Shown: in pieces, positions 46,001-54,026 of the stretch
Layout of the letters: each line of letters begins with the position of its first letter
Position numbering within the stretch: position 1 is the first letter of the stretch
Assembly: GCA_024400835.1 (NCBI GenBank)
Contig: JAKSMC010000008.1
Coordinates: 5,082-69,081, forward strand
Length of the DNA: 64,000 nucleotides
Direction: 5' to 3'
DNA from: Bacteroidales bacterium
GTDB lineage: Bacteria > Bacteroidota > Bacteroidia > Bacteroidales > WCHB1-69
Made by a program: the position numbers and the translations under genes
Notes under the pieces: model-generated
The model's input: the letters and a program-made list of their open reading frames with translations, nothing else
What the model was told of the DNA's origin: nothing
The model's database searches: none

Positions 46001-47571
46001 GTGGAATACGTTTCAGTGCTTTCATCAATAGAGAAAGCCGTGTATTTAATAACACGGTCAACGTTATTGCCAGCAGGAACTGTAGCTTCAAAAGTAGAAG
46101 ATGTAGCAACAGGAGTACCTGTAGCTGTCAGACCTTCAAACCAATGAATGTTATCTGCGCAATCATTATCAGAAGTGTTGTTCAATTTAGCTTCTAAAGT
46201 GATGTTTTCAGGAAGTTCACTATAGCAGTATTCGAAAGCATCAGCAGTATTATGAAGAACAGGAGGAAGAACATCACGAACAGTCATTGTGAAAGCAGCG
46301 ACTTCACCGCAGCATTCAAATTCCTCACCTGTTACAGCGTCATATTGATTACATTGTTGTACTTCAAAATTATAAACACCAGGAACGTTGGTGGCATGAG
46401 CAGGAATGTTTTCACTCCACTCAGTCCAAGTGCCATTAGCTTTTTGAGCTCTCCACTTAATAGTGTTGCTAACATAACCCTGGGCATCTGTGTTAACTGC
46501 GGGAGCTAATTCTGCAAATTGAGCGTTAGTAACGAGTTCGTTTTTACAAACAATCAAATTGCGAGCAACGATGTTAGGATTGGTACGGGTATAGAAAGAG
46601 AACAAGTCAATGCTGTCAACTTCCCAGTGGTCGCAAGTATAAGTACCGAAGAGAACGTTGTAATTACCTTGTACAGAATAGTCAGCAGCGGGATTACCAT
46701 AAGTAAACACATCACCAGCACAAACAGCTTTTTGAGAAGTAGTGTTGGTAAGATAAGAAAGGGAGTCAGTAGCAATAACGGGACCGCAGCAGGTACCATT
46801 AGAACCGATATTCTGGAAACCTTCACCTACACCGGCACCGCCTTGTGTACGTTGACGAAGTCTAACAACTAAAGAATAGTTACCGAATTGTTTCCACGTA
46901 ATAGCCATACGGGTTTCGGTCTGAGAGAAGAAAGAATAACGGAAGGCATCAAAATTATAATAAGAGAGAGGAGTATATCCAGCGGAGATAAAACTAGCAA
47001 AGCCATAAGGATGTGTATTATCTACATCAGCCAAGGCGCCAGGGTAACCACCATCACAATTGTTATGGACTTCTTCGCAAACACCAGGTTTGTAAACATG
47101 GCCACCTAACCATTGCATGTGTCCGCAAGTAGCATCAACCACACCATTGTTTGCGATTTGGTCATACTTGGTGTAGATGTAGATATCTGCGAAATTATGC
47201 AATTGTTCTGTTGGGATGGCAACACCATCTTTGTAGAGGATCCATTCCAAAGAAACAAGATCATCAGGATTTGCGCAATTACCACTCATATGAACGCGGA
47301 ACCAATCGGTACGGTCAAATACGATCTGACCTTGTTCCCCGTAATGGAACGGGACATTGTCCACACGATTCAATGTGTTGTTCAACACAAGGGCATTGCC
47401 GTGTCCTGGAAGAAGTGCGGCCGTTCCGGGCATGCCCAGATTGGACACATCTTGCACAGTATCTGGCTGCAAGTTCTCCAGCCAGAAACAGCAATTTGTT
47501 TGCGCTTTCGCGGTGAACCCCGCCAGCACAAGCAACATGCTTAAAAAGCAAATTGATAATAGTTTTTTCAT
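37045..47571 (-). CDS. Giant (3508 aa) SprB-like cell-surface repeat protein/adhesin with T9SS C-terminal sorting domain
   Basis: It has a signal peptide MKKLLSICFLSMLLVLAGFTAKAQ. It carries dozens of ~75-90-aa Cys-bracketed Ig-like modules with C-x3-(N/D)G-x-I motifs (for example NCVNPNGTITL, YCVGSNGSIEF) resembling SprB repeats. Six He_PIG-like modules follow (see the repeat feature). The C-terminus LYPNPATSANTVKAHIKG...GVYFIYVKGENATVSRKLVVTK is a Por secretion tail. Confidence 0.9.
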   Translation of the reverse strand: MKKLLSICFLSMLLVLAGFTAKAQTNCCFWLENLQPDTVQDVSNLGMPGTAALLPGHGNALVLNNTLNRVDNVPFHYGEQGQIVFDRTDWFRVHMSGNCANPDDLVSLEWILYKDGVAIPTEQLHNFADIYIYTKYDQIANNGVVDATCGHMQWLGGHVYKPGVCEEVHNNCDGGYPGALADVDNTHPYGFASFISAGYTPLSYYNFDAFRYSFFSQTETRMAITWKQFGNYSLVVRLRQRTQGGAGVGEGFQNIGSNGTCCGPVIATDSLSYLTNTTSQKAVCAGDVFTYGNPAADYSVQGNYNVLFGTYTCDHWEVDSIDLFSFYTRTNPNIVARNLIVCKNELVTNAQFAELAPAVNTDAQGYVSNTIKWRAQKANGTWTEWSENIPAHATNVPGVYNFEVQQCNQYDAVTGEEFECCGEVAAFTMTVRDVLPPVLHNTADAFEYCYSELPENITLEAKLNNTSDNDCADNIHWFEGLTATGTPVATSSTFEATVPAGNNVDRVIKYTAFSIDESTETYSTTGVTVTINVWKNPVLVAKPNVGGDSIVKCPNTENIALNSNFNSTNFNAADLTWNYSWTKNGARIAGADAANYTVVAPGCGQKDVYEVTAVAESEHGCRETITRRFTVEGSDVDALSIAWRNNATAQMTINGCDTANLFEGFAWAAPYTIADAEEGTTSTSAIKIVADHCSNAVKAIYTVDVNTTAAPCTTVVTRNYKLVDECGNESNTISQVVTIVNNQKPAINGALYTMEPVRPLHNDCKSNLPVRAALLAAFHDNFTTTTGCDAAVADDDIHFFMGNTTVVADGNTDIFAETAQVTVYAQITDACGNLSAKVPVFVLNKPADLEIAHGAIYTPDYEFCNTETAHVVFDPLMIHNGLAPYVYTWSQTPVPAECGMTVADNGVEIDVWALNGGAYNTSAQFIMTVEDAYGCVTTDTSNAIRWFGIPDVTIIEAYNNDDYAHAAPVVVCPTFGHYLLTTVDHSNLPIAENQNLTYVWSGEAIDYTSTTKNSFIAVNENICDREYTAYVEVTNAKGCKATASYSINVKDTVAPVITLDMPTDTITNMENCKIIVPDYTTLFNASTVSDECWTMDSIKVTQSIAAGTQLAENTDVVITVAPKCGPTASYTIKACFPEPRIATEIVASVDSSCFPYTTNFTANTVNFTAPLNIYWDGAAVSAENKEFTTTSETAGLAHHVRVVDANGCEATASYTLVVYHTPVATDVTLASTPNHYCDAEHFDGTFTVTSANNEIDGVRLNGETEWHTLPYTETVADGTYKFDLHTIHGCVSEAIAEVTVAKDTVDANLALNLAIITDNANCTAPWSGTIEVTNPAVGYEYHVSAGLENSGDETIIYNTAMLNSVRFNFLYQGDYTVTVVSPFNCRSNAEITVEDHRHTPELPTNTVVANTNCVNPNGTITLNNTNTDYWYTINGLEIRGNNGSIFFENLSAGEYTLTVANKYTRCSNTMVIAVPDSSNAPAMPKVTVNPNTYCVGSNGSIEFLSVPSLQYTLTDASENVVASTGLAAGIYTLTVFDPATGCASNGTYTINDAPVMPIFTATEVETSPRTSCDVTLADGEINITEANGYAYVVKNSADEVVANLSTLDSGVYVVYKTNVVTGCVASEEVHVGYEQPELNWSVSASKDKDCSDEIGTGAITVLCTTPATFTVMNSENEAVAMTGLNPDLYTVTATVTATGCSYTDTVRVASDYTYPIINATATANYMCNVVKNGTITFNDVNTNVNYNAVTYTVDNEVVTSPMTALNDGLYTINAVTDYHCTAASLMIEVEDSAFVITEFAVVPNSVCNPTASKPGNGQIRVLTPQSELCDYIFTDLTPSHHYDVDHFEPIDYTKYTLEDGWYLVQITDTRTGCVSKDSVYVPYQPIAVTIDALTSTPDYICNENAGNGTINVHAVSASQASVLAYSIDGGITYNTTGSFTNVKDGEYHIVVMDTVTRCIYDALADADITVEQGQYKIAVEYNNVANTACDPTLYNGEVHATVTYADATLGEGHFQVEIQNGSFTGLNGGKYVINVMDSLTGCTYTDTAIVPNNAEYTPEIVVSAYNRNLNTEDYHFCFGQNNAYLVAEATTDLAGDNFSYLWRSSCDHITDSTHARVDVYTQQNYCCTYTVFVKSLITGCENQMDVKVCIDTLPVIRFNATGESISLVSMNPNATYSNCENNAFTMCVADPGFKSIEWTNGYTGSEACFTIDANTLTPGSTSYCVRVVDFNGCASGPQAVNVTTLPIATGAETIYACNSYFFDGNKVADTTFNYDADSANVYTIIDTLNAVNGCDSIVTYTIILSVDPTLTVDIETELGTSYCAGTPVIETGIGYTVTNAVEAGWRMIGANDVPAVSTYKTAGVEFVPTAALTYDMNGKQVYAYVANGCDTLISRVYTLNVTDIPMLADTDKTLANDTICLGEVAEFNVECIDAIVWNGSNGTTSVEYTVNGGRTWQVVDPTTALLPTLTDTFQIRVVAANACDTIVVDGPVTITVNDTVKLAATNLVQKICLGSEIAPIALNYAFSTISVDTLCPGLSLVNDTIVGIPTVAGTYTMNIKAEGYCREKTVVATITVEEPVTYTVSNKNQTICLGQSIEQVIIRSSDRDYFTSTASPGLQHKQGMPGIIFLEGTPTVADTLIERFTVYRNLSACPAVFDTVTIIVRDTVKLELAADAQADQTICLGEAIAPIAFTSANATIEVTEFPVGLVYDTLNKTISGTPIAADTIRYTIAAISNTDCPSSNDTIFGTIIVNDTVKVSATNLDQAAFCLGNAMVPVVVSYENATVKVEGLPDGVTFANDTISGTPVAADTVTYTITATSNATPSCGVKTLTGVIMISDTVTLSATGLDQTAICLGQPIADIAIEATNATVTVDTLPAGVTFNDTTMTISGTPTAAGTYAYVIKATSVNGCTEKVINDTIVVNDTVKLNATNINQVVCMNTEIDTITFEFANATLSVDSVLPGLVFDAENGTLAGAPTVMTEDTFKFVVTATSTAVPECDPKSVTLSIKVNGAPEINAPISGGDLEVCVGDLFIMPTAPTINDIDSNGLATTTAWMIGADTMAWDSASTMALNGQVLYFIATNACGTDTVADTLKVHELPVPQILSDTIICNGATAQLSVTEEFESYQWYMNDEAIDGATAQTYTYNAVDGEGTYKFNVEVTDANGCTSVANVNATVDARTFSVDDAVTVEVTGKPHFIFTHEGAETHEFDANTADAQTNYTWMVSNPCEYNPDELVFVNFDIYFNGELIDDDSIGLYITEAGTMTNRYVTRDSINWYSAHGTPMNATCYYNYAQSNMTSGYYQSNHYPAGTFNLPAANYDDLYLHFLAERPVYKTVNKFRRAGEYKIVYTLMSTSNSHPNGHQYNNGTSTPAVIGGYDAVVASAHYDTLAYDVLTINVEGEDNLAATPSMTPAPVVAEVDGPTMTLYPNPATSANTVKAHIKGIAGDTKVQVVNLAGKVLAEDAINIPAAADYVYSREISNLAPGVYFIYVKGENATVSRKLVVTK
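38530..40100 (-). repeat. Six tandem ~255-270-nt coding modules (putative-Ig/He_PIG-like) within the adhesin gene
   Basis: The recurrent pattern is (V/I)(N/R/S)DTVKL.ATNL.Q..CLG..I.PI......NATV.V..LP.G..F......ISGTP...GTY.Y.I.A. Module starts lie near 40090, 39840, 39590, 39320, 39065 and 38815. Confidence 0.75.
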
Positions 47572-47683
47572 ACTGTTTTTTTTTGATTGTTATTAATTAT
47601 ATATTTTTTTTACTTTTTTTCTCGTTATTTCATTGTTTTAGAAGATTATACACTATATTACACTTCACTAAAAATTCAACTTG

Positions 47684-47691
47684 CAAAAATA
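47684..47691 (-). promoter_or_regulatory. Candidate Bacteroidetes -7 promoter box (TAnnTTTG) for the adhesin gene
   Basis: The minus strand reads TATTTTTG about 113 nt upstream of the ATG. The A10/T10 homopolymer tract 47694-47703 lies immediately upstream of it, in the spacer region. Confidence 0.3.
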
Positions 47692-47943
47692 CATTTTTTT
47701 TTTACACTTATACAATTTCTATCTTTTTTTTATTTTTTTTTCGGGAAAGACTCCTAAAAAAAAGCAATTTAAGTGTGAAAAACGTAGCCACTAATTGAAC
47801 AAAATCCTAATAATAGTCTCATTGTCAACAATTTACACGCTCTTTATATCTAATCATTATAAACATTTTATCATTGAAATTTTTACCTATTCCCATCAAA
47901 TAAGTTACAAGCACGACAAACCGACTTTTTTTAATAGTTTATT

Positions 47944-47978
47944 CAAAAAAAAGAGACCCGCCATAACAGCGGGTCTCT
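47944..47978 (-). terminator. Rho-independent terminator of the OmpA-family gene
   Basis: A perfect 10-bp stem agagacccgc / gcgggtctct has a 7-nt loop. It is followed on the minus strand by U8. Confidence 0.8.
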
Positions 47979-47999
47979 TTATATATACTATATACATTA

Positions 48000-49934
48000 T
48001 TATTGTACAATCTTGAATTCCGTCCTTCGGTTGGCAGCTCTGCCCTCTTCAGTATTGTTGTCAGCAATCGGCTGGCGCTTTCCATAGCCGCGGTAACTCA
48101 ATCTGTCCGCTGTGATCCCATGAGAAAGCAAATATTCGTATACAGCCTTGGCACGTTCCTCAGACAATCTGTCATTATACTCATCAGTACCCTGATTGTC
48201 CGTATGGCCACCGATTTCAATATTCACCTTGTTATGAGTCAAATAATCAACCAGCACGTCCAACTCAACAAACGACGCAGGCTGGAGGTCACTCTTATCA
48301 AAATCAAAGAAGATGTTTTTCAGAACCACAACCGTTCCGACATCAGCTTTCTGCAATGCAATGTCCTTCAAATACGGAGACAAGACGGTATAGCTCTTCT
48401 CGATCTGGAAATTTTCAGAGTAGAAAGGATATCCGGGATTGGAGACATTGAGCATTACGTTGCTGCCCGTCTGGATACAAGCTAAATATTCACCCGTTTG
48501 AATATCTGATTTAACTGAAGTGAGCGTCTGTTTGCTATTCAAATCCACCATTTCGACAAGAGCTTCCAACGGAGCACCTGTTTCAGCATCCTTTACGACA
48601 CCTTTGATATAGGTGACGGGATTGGGGCGAAGATTGTCATCCAACTCAAAGCTGTATAGGTCAAGTCCGCCATAGCCGCCGACCTTGTCAGACGCCATAT
48701 AGGCAGTTGTACCAGCCGCATTGATAAAGATATTAATTTCATCAGCCCACGTATTAATGGGATAACCTAAGTTTTTCGGTTCGCTCCAAGTGCCATCATC
48801 CTGAAGTGTGGAATAATACAAGTCATATCCACCCATGCCGACACGGCCATTTGATGCAAAATACAAAGTCTTGCCGTCGCTATGGATAAAGGGAGCGGCG
48901 TCATCTCCAGGCGTGTTGATTGTAGAGCCAAGATTTTCCGGGGCGGTGAAGGCACCTTCAGCGGTCATAGTCGTTTTCCATATATCCATGCCTCCGAAAC
49001 CACCGGGGCGGGAAGAGACAAAATATATGGTTTTGCCATCAGAAGCCATAGAAGGTTGGGACTCCCAGACATTCGTATTCACCGGAGCGCCGAAATTTCT
49101 GGGGCGAGACCACTTATTGCCAATCTTCTTTGACCAATAGAGGTCGCAACTGCCCATACCGAAATCGGCATCACACATGGTATAAAGCAAATAGACACCA
49201 TCGGGAGAAATGCACTGAGCCCCCTCGTTGTAACTTGTGCGGATCGGCTGTCCAAAGGCTTCACGATTTCGCCATCCCTGGGAATCGCCTTTCGCAAAAT
49301 AGAGATCTTCCTCAAAGAGACAGAAAGCGCAAATAGTCTTATCATCTTTCGGCCTATTTACCGTATAGACAATGGTGCCATTATCAGCAGTCAAAGATGC
49401 CAATGATTCATCCCAAGAGGAATTCACATTCGGTCCCAAATTGACAGGCTGAAATTTGACGGGATTTTTCATAGCTTCAATTGCAAACTGGCAATTGGCA
49501 ATACCCTTTTGAGCATCAGACAGGACATCCGTATATTGAAGGCCCTTCGCCATAAAAAGTTCGTAATTATGCAGAGCATTTTCATATTGCCCGCACTTTG
49601 AACCTTCATTAGCAGCAATATAATACAACAACGGATCGGGTTCACCAATCAAATCGATTGCTTTATTATAACAATTCATTGCCGAATCGGACTTCAGCGT
49701 GAAATTATAGATGTCACCCATCAAAATATAGGTGTCTGGGAATGAGGGATCTTTCGACTTAGCCTGGGCCAACAGGCTTAACGCCTTGTCGAAGTTGCGC
49801 TCATTAATCATCTGCTCAGCCTTCTGACAAAGTGAAGCAGCTCTTGAATTCTTCTGAGCCGAAACCACATTTGGCCTAAAAAAACAAGCAGTTAATGACA
49901 ATAATATTATATATACTATTTTTATATTATGCAT
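48000..49934 (-). CDS. OmpA-family outer-membrane protein with TPR, PD40 (TolB-like beta-propeller) repeats and C-terminal OmpA/MotB peptidoglycan-binding domain
   Basis: PD40-like repeats include SPDGVYLLYT, ASDGKTIYFVSSRPGGFGGMDIW and HSDGKTLYFASNGRVGMGGYDLY. The C-terminus is GHTDNQGTDEYNDRLSEERAKAVYEYL...NRRTEFKIV. Confidence 0.88.
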   Translation of the reverse strand: MHNIKIVYIILLSLTACFFRPNVVSAQKNSRAASLCQKAEQMINERNFDKALSLLAQAKSKDPSFPDTYILMGDIYNFTLKSDSAMNCYNKAIDLIGEPDPLLYYIAANEGSKCGQYENALHNYELFMAKGLQYTDVLSDAQKGIANCQFAIEAMKNPVKFQPVNLGPNVNSSWDESLASLTADNGTIVYTVNRPKDDKTICAFCLFEEDLYFAKGDSQGWRNREAFGQPIRTSYNEGAQCISPDGVYLLYTMCDADFGMGSCDLYWSKKIGNKWSRPRNFGAPVNTNVWESQPSMASDGKTIYFVSSRPGGFGGMDIWKTTMTAEGAFTAPENLGSTINTPGDDAAPFIHSDGKTLYFASNGRVGMGGYDLYYSTLQDDGTWSEPKNLGYPINTWADEINIFINAAGTTAYMASDKVGGYGGLDLYSFELDDNLRPNPVTYIKGVVKDAETGAPLEALVEMVDLNSKQTLTSVKSDIQTGEYLACIQTGSNVMLNVSNPGYPFYSENFQIEKSYTVLSPYLKDIALQKADVGTVVVLKNIFFDFDKSDLQPASFVELDVLVDYLTHNKVNIEIGGHTDNQGTDEYNDRLSEERAKAVYEYLLSHGITADRLSYRGYGKRQPIADNNTEEGRAANRRTEFKIVQ

Positions 49935-50702
49935 CTATTCGAGTTGTTTAGATTGCTGCCAATAGGTTTCCATTTGTTCCAAAGACATATCATACATACT
50001 TTGACCAGCAAGTTTAGCCTGCTCTTCAATATATTGGAATCTGCGAATAAACTTTTTATTAGTTTTTTCCAAAGCATCGTCCGGATTGATATGCAAGAAT
50101 CTTGCATAATTAATCAAAGCGAACAAGACATCACCAAACTCATCTTCAATTTTGTCGGATTGCTTGTCGACTTCGTCTTTAAACTCACCAAGTTCCTCTT
50201 GAACTTTTGCCCAGACGTCATCGACATTTTCCCAGTCAAAGCCAACACCGTTAGCTTTTTCCTGAATTCTATAGGCTTTGACAATAGATGGAGCACTTTT
50301 AGGTACGCCGCCAAGCACAGAGCGGTTCCCTTCTTTCTTCAACTTGATTTTTTCCCAATTTTCATGGACTTCCTGTGCATTCTGAGCTTGTCCGTCCCCA
50401 TATATGTGAGGATGGCGTCGAATCAACTTTTCGCACAATTGATTGATAACCTGCGTGATATCAAATAACTTTTCTTCAGAAGCAATCTTAGAGTAGAAGA
50501 CCAGATGCAACATAAGGTCTCCTAATTCCTTACACATATCGCTGTAATTTTTATCGACAATTGCTTCTGAAAGTTCGTAAGTTTCCTCAATAGTGAGACA
50601 GCGCAAAGTGTCAAATGTCTGAACACTATCCCAAGGACACTTTGCACGTAATTCGTCCATAATATCCAACAAACGTTGGAAGGCAACAAGTCTCTCGTCC
50701 AT
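49935..50702 (-). CDS. mazG: Nucleoside triphosphate pyrophosphohydrolase MazG
   Basis: It contains LLDIMDELRAKCPWDSVQTFDTLRCLTIEETYELSEAI and a second EExGExxD-type MazG repeat (VQEELGEFKDEV...EFGDVLFAL). Confidence 0.88.
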   Translation of the reverse strand: MDERLVAFQRLLDIMDELRAKCPWDSVQTFDTLRCLTIEETYELSEAIVDKNYSDMCKELGDLMLHLVFYSKIASEEKLFDITQVINQLCEKLIRRHPHIYGDGQAQNAQEVHENWEKIKLKKEGNRSVLGGVPKSAPSIVKAYRIQEKANGVGFDWENVDDVWAKVQEELGEFKDEVDKQSDKIEDEFGDVLFALINYARFLHINPDDALEKTNKKFIRRFQYIEEQAKLAGQSMYDMSLEQMETYWQQSKQLE

Positions 50703-50726
50703 AGAACCTAAAATAAATTAAAGTTT

Positions 50727-52202
50727 CTAATAAGATCTAGCAAAAAGAACACGTTGTTTAGAAGGTTTGCCTGTCAATATGCATTTTCCTTCTTCCAGCG
50801 GGTTATTGAAAGGAATGCATCGAATGGTAGCCTTCGTCAGTTCCTTAATTTTATCTTCCGTTTCCGGAGTACCATCCCAATGCGCATAAATGAATCCAGG
50901 ATGATTATCCAAGAGGTCAACGAATTCTTCCCAGGTATCGGCCTTTCTAGTATTTTCCTCTCTAAACTTCAATGCTTTATCAAACAGATTCTGTTGAATA
51001 TCCTTAAGTAACTGTTGGATATGCTCAACTAAATTATCGAACGGTACAACTTCTTTCTCAAGTGTGTCACGACGAGCGACTTCAGCATCGTTGTTTTCCA
51101 AATCACGAGGTCCGATTGCAATTCTAACAGGAACACCCTTAAGTTCGTATTCGTTGAATTTCCAGCCAGAACGTTTAGAGTCATCATTATCAAATTTGAC
51201 GGAGATATTCAAAGACTTTAATTTTTCAATCAGCGGTTGGACCTTATCGGCAATGGCCTGTCTTTGTTCTTCATTCTTATAAATAGGAACGATAACAACT
51301 TGAATAGGAGCAAGATTCGGAGGAAGGACAAGACCGTTGTCATCAGAATGCGTCATGATAAGCGCACCAATCAAACGAGTGGAAACGCCCCAGGAGGTAG
51401 CCCAAACATAATCCAGTTGATTGTCTTTGTTCAAGAATTTCACATCAAAAGCCTTAGCGAAATTTTGTCCGAGGAAGTGAGACGTACCTGCCTGCAAAGC
51501 CTTACCATCCTGCATCAGAGCTTCGATACAATAGGTATCCAATGCACCGCCGAAGCGTTCATTCGGAGATTTAACACCTTGGATCACAGGTATAGCCATG
51601 AAATTTTCAACAAAATCAGCATAAACATGCAACATACGCTCTGTTTCTTCAATAGCTTCCTGCTTTGTAGCGTGAGCGGTGTGTCCTTCCTGCCACAAAA
51701 ATTCTGCTGTACGAAGGAAGAGTCTCGTACGCATTTCCCAACGGACGACATTTGCCCACTGATTACATAAAATAGGAAGATCCCTATAAGAATGTATCCA
51801 ATTCTTATATGTATCCCAAATGATAGTTTCGGATGTAGGTCTTACAATAAGTTCCTCTTCCAATTTGGCTTCAGGGTCAACAACAACTCCAGCACCATCA
51901 GGATCGTTTTTGAGACGATAATGCGTTACGACCGCACACTCTTTAGCAAATCCCTCTACGTGACTTGCTTCACGGCTGAAGAAGGATTTCGGAATAAATA
52001 TCGGAAAATATGCATTGACGTGACCAGTATCCTTGAACATTTGGTCCAATGTGCGTTGTAATTTTTCCCAAATAGCATAGCCGTATGGTTTGATTACCAT
52101 ACATCCTCTAACTGATGAATTTTCAGCAAGATCTGCTTGTTTTACAATGTCATTATACCATTGAGAATAGTTCTCTGCTCTAGTTGAAATATTTTTTGCC
52201 AT
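50727..52202 (-). CDS. proS: Proline--tRNA ligase (archaeal/eukaryote-like type)
   Basis: The 491-aa product contains ...[35 protein letters not shown]...[16 protein letters not shown]..., which are class II aaRS motifs. The C-terminal ...ARSY ending is typical of this ProRS type. Confidence 0.9.
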   Translation of the reverse strand: MAKNISTRAENYSQWYNDIVKQADLAENSSVRGCMVIKPYGYAIWEKLQRTLDQMFKDTGHVNAYFPIFIPKSFFSREASHVEGFAKECAVVTHYRLKNDPDGAGVVVDPEAKLEEELIVRPTSETIIWDTYKNWIHSYRDLPILCNQWANVVRWEMRTRLFLRTAEFLWQEGHTAHATKQEAIEETERMLHVYADFVENFMAIPVIQGVKSPNERFGGALDTYCIEALMQDGKALQAGTSHFLGQNFAKAFDVKFLNKDNQLDYVWATSWGVSTRLIGALIMTHSDDNGLVLPPNLAPIQVVIVPIYKNEEQRQAIADKVQPLIEKLKSLNISVKFDNDDSKRSGWKFNEYELKGVPVRIAIGPRDLENNDAEVARRDTLEKEVVPFDNLVEHIQQLLKDIQQNLFDKALKFREENTRKADTWEEFVDLLDNHPGFIYAHWDGTPETEDKIKELTKATIRCIPFNNPLEEGKCILTGKPSKQRVLFARSY

Positions 52203-52306
52203 TAAAAAATTATTTAGGTGTGTTAACTTTTTAGTATTTTTGCCGTCTTAAAGACGTTATTATTGACTTGCAAAAGTACGAAATTTAAAGATATAAGGAG
52301 GAAATT

Positions 52307-53986
52307 ATGAAAAAACTATTTTCAATTGCTTTAATTTCAGCGGCTTGCCTGCTCGCAGCATGTTCCACAAGCTCTTTTACCTACTACGACGACATCTACT
52401 CTTCAACGCAGGATGCTCAATATGCTCCCAAGAGAACTGCAAGAACAGAATCATCGCAAACTGCTAGTACAAAAGAACTTCAGGCAGACTCCATCGTATA
52501 TGAATACGATGAGGCCGGAAACCTGCTGGACACCAAAACTTACTATCCCGGTTACAGCGAACCTGTCATCGAGTACGCAGAAACTGCAGAAAACGGCACT
52601 GGCAGTTCCTACGTGATCAACAACTACAATTATTATGACGAAGACGACTATTATGATTATTACTATACGTCTCGTCTCCGCCGTTTCCACACCAACGTAT
52701 ATTGCGGCTGGGGCTACTACGATCCGTTCTACACCAACCTCTATTGGTATGACTACTGTCCATCTTCTTGGGGCGTAAGTATTTACATGGGGTACAATTG
52801 GTGCTGGCCAAGTTACTACTATCGTCCATATTACTATGGTTACGGCTTTTATGACTACGGCTTCACCTATGGTTGGGGATGGGCATACCACCACCCATAC
52901 TATTACGGATATAACAGCTACTGGAATGGCTATCATGACGGATATCTGGCCGCCAACTACTATCACAACAATTTCGACAGCAACAATTCCTTCTATTACG
53001 GACATCGCAACAATGTAGGACCTGCTGTAGGAAACAATATCGATCGAGGAGGAAGACCTACAGGTTATTCTCACCCCAGCGACTACGGCAACAATGACAA
53101 TGCCAACCACTATTCCATGACCAGCTCATCAGCTGCGACTTTCAATCAGTCCTACCCTACTTTAGCTGCTCAATATTCTGGTACATCTAGTAACAGCTCA
53201 TCATCCAGCATAACCTCCAATACTTCTTCTATCCCAACAACTCCCGTTACAAAACCGACAACTACAAGCAGTACTGTTGCTAAGCCAAACACTTTGAATT
53301 CCGGTGTGACCACCTCTACAGTCAACAATCCTGCAAACACCTCTGCATCCAGAGTTTCAACCAACACTCAATCAAATACGGTTTCCACCTATGGAAACAA
53401 GCCGGCAACCACTTCCAGTAGTTCTAGAACAAATACGACGACAATTGTTTCCAAACCGGCTGCAAACACTTCCTCCAGCACATCTACGGTTAGCAAACCG
53501 ACGACAATTTCCAGAACTGTGACAACGCCATCCAGCACAACTCGTCCGGCCACCACAACCAGTCGTCCTGCAACCAGCACGTCTACAAGAACAATTACAA
53601 ATCCTACACAGTCAAGACCTTCCTCCTCATATTCGGCGCCTTCCTCATCAAGTTCTAGAAACAGCTCATCCTATTCTCGCCCAAGCACTTCCTCCACATC
53701 CACCACAACTTCTCGTTCAAGTTCATCCTATTCAAGACCAGCTTCTAGTTCTTCATCTTATTCAAGACCTTCCTCAAATTCATCTTCTTACTCTAGACCA
53801 TCATCCTCAAGTTCATCTTCATATTCAAGATCATCATCAACCAGTTCCTCTTCATATTCAAGACCGAGTTCATCATCCAGTTCTCACTCCTCATCATCCT
53901 ATTCTCGTTCCGGTTCTTCCTCATTCAGCAGCAGTTCTTCGCGTAGCAGTAGTTCTTCATCACACAGTTCTAGCAGCAGAAGATAG
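52307..53986 (+). CDS. Lipoprotein with a Tyr/Trp/Gly-rich central region and a long Ser/Thr-rich low-complexity tail
   Basis: It has the lipobox signal MKKLFSIALISAACLLAAC. The Tyr-rich block is (YYDPFYTNLYWYDY...YYYRPYYYGYGFYDYGF...). The last ~250 aa are almost only S/T/P/R, with SSSYSRP(S/A)S repeats. Confidence 0.75.
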   Translation: MKKLFSIALISAACLLAACSTSSFTYYDDIYSSTQDAQYAPKRTARTESSQTASTKELQADSIVYEYDEAGNLLDTKTYYPGYSEPVIEYAETAENGTGSSYVINNYNYYDEDDYYDYYYTSRLRRFHTNVYCGWGYYDPFYTNLYWYDYCPSSWGVSIYMGYNWCWPSYYYRPYYYGYGFYDYGFTYGWGWAYHHPYYYGYNSYWNGYHDGYLAANYYHNNFDSNNSFYYGHRNNVGPAVGNNIDRGGRPTGYSHPSDYGNNDNANHYSMTSSSAATFNQSYPTLAAQYSGTSSNSSSSSITSNTSSIPTTPVTKPTTTSSTVAKPNTLNSGVTTSTVNNPANTSASRVSTNTQSNTVSTYGNKPATTSSSSRTNTTTIVSKPAANTSSSTSTVSKPTTISRTVTTPSSTTRPATTTSRPATSTSTRTITNPTQSRPSSSYSAPSSSSSRNSSSYSRPSTSSTSTTTSRSSSSYSRPASSSSSYSRPSSNSSSYSRPSSSSSSSYSRSSSTSSSSYSRPSSSSSSHSSSSYSRSGSSSFSSSSSRSSSSSSHSSSSRR

Positions 53987-54026
53987 TTATAAACCAAATA
54001 TTTAGAGGATATAAAACTCAACGGCA

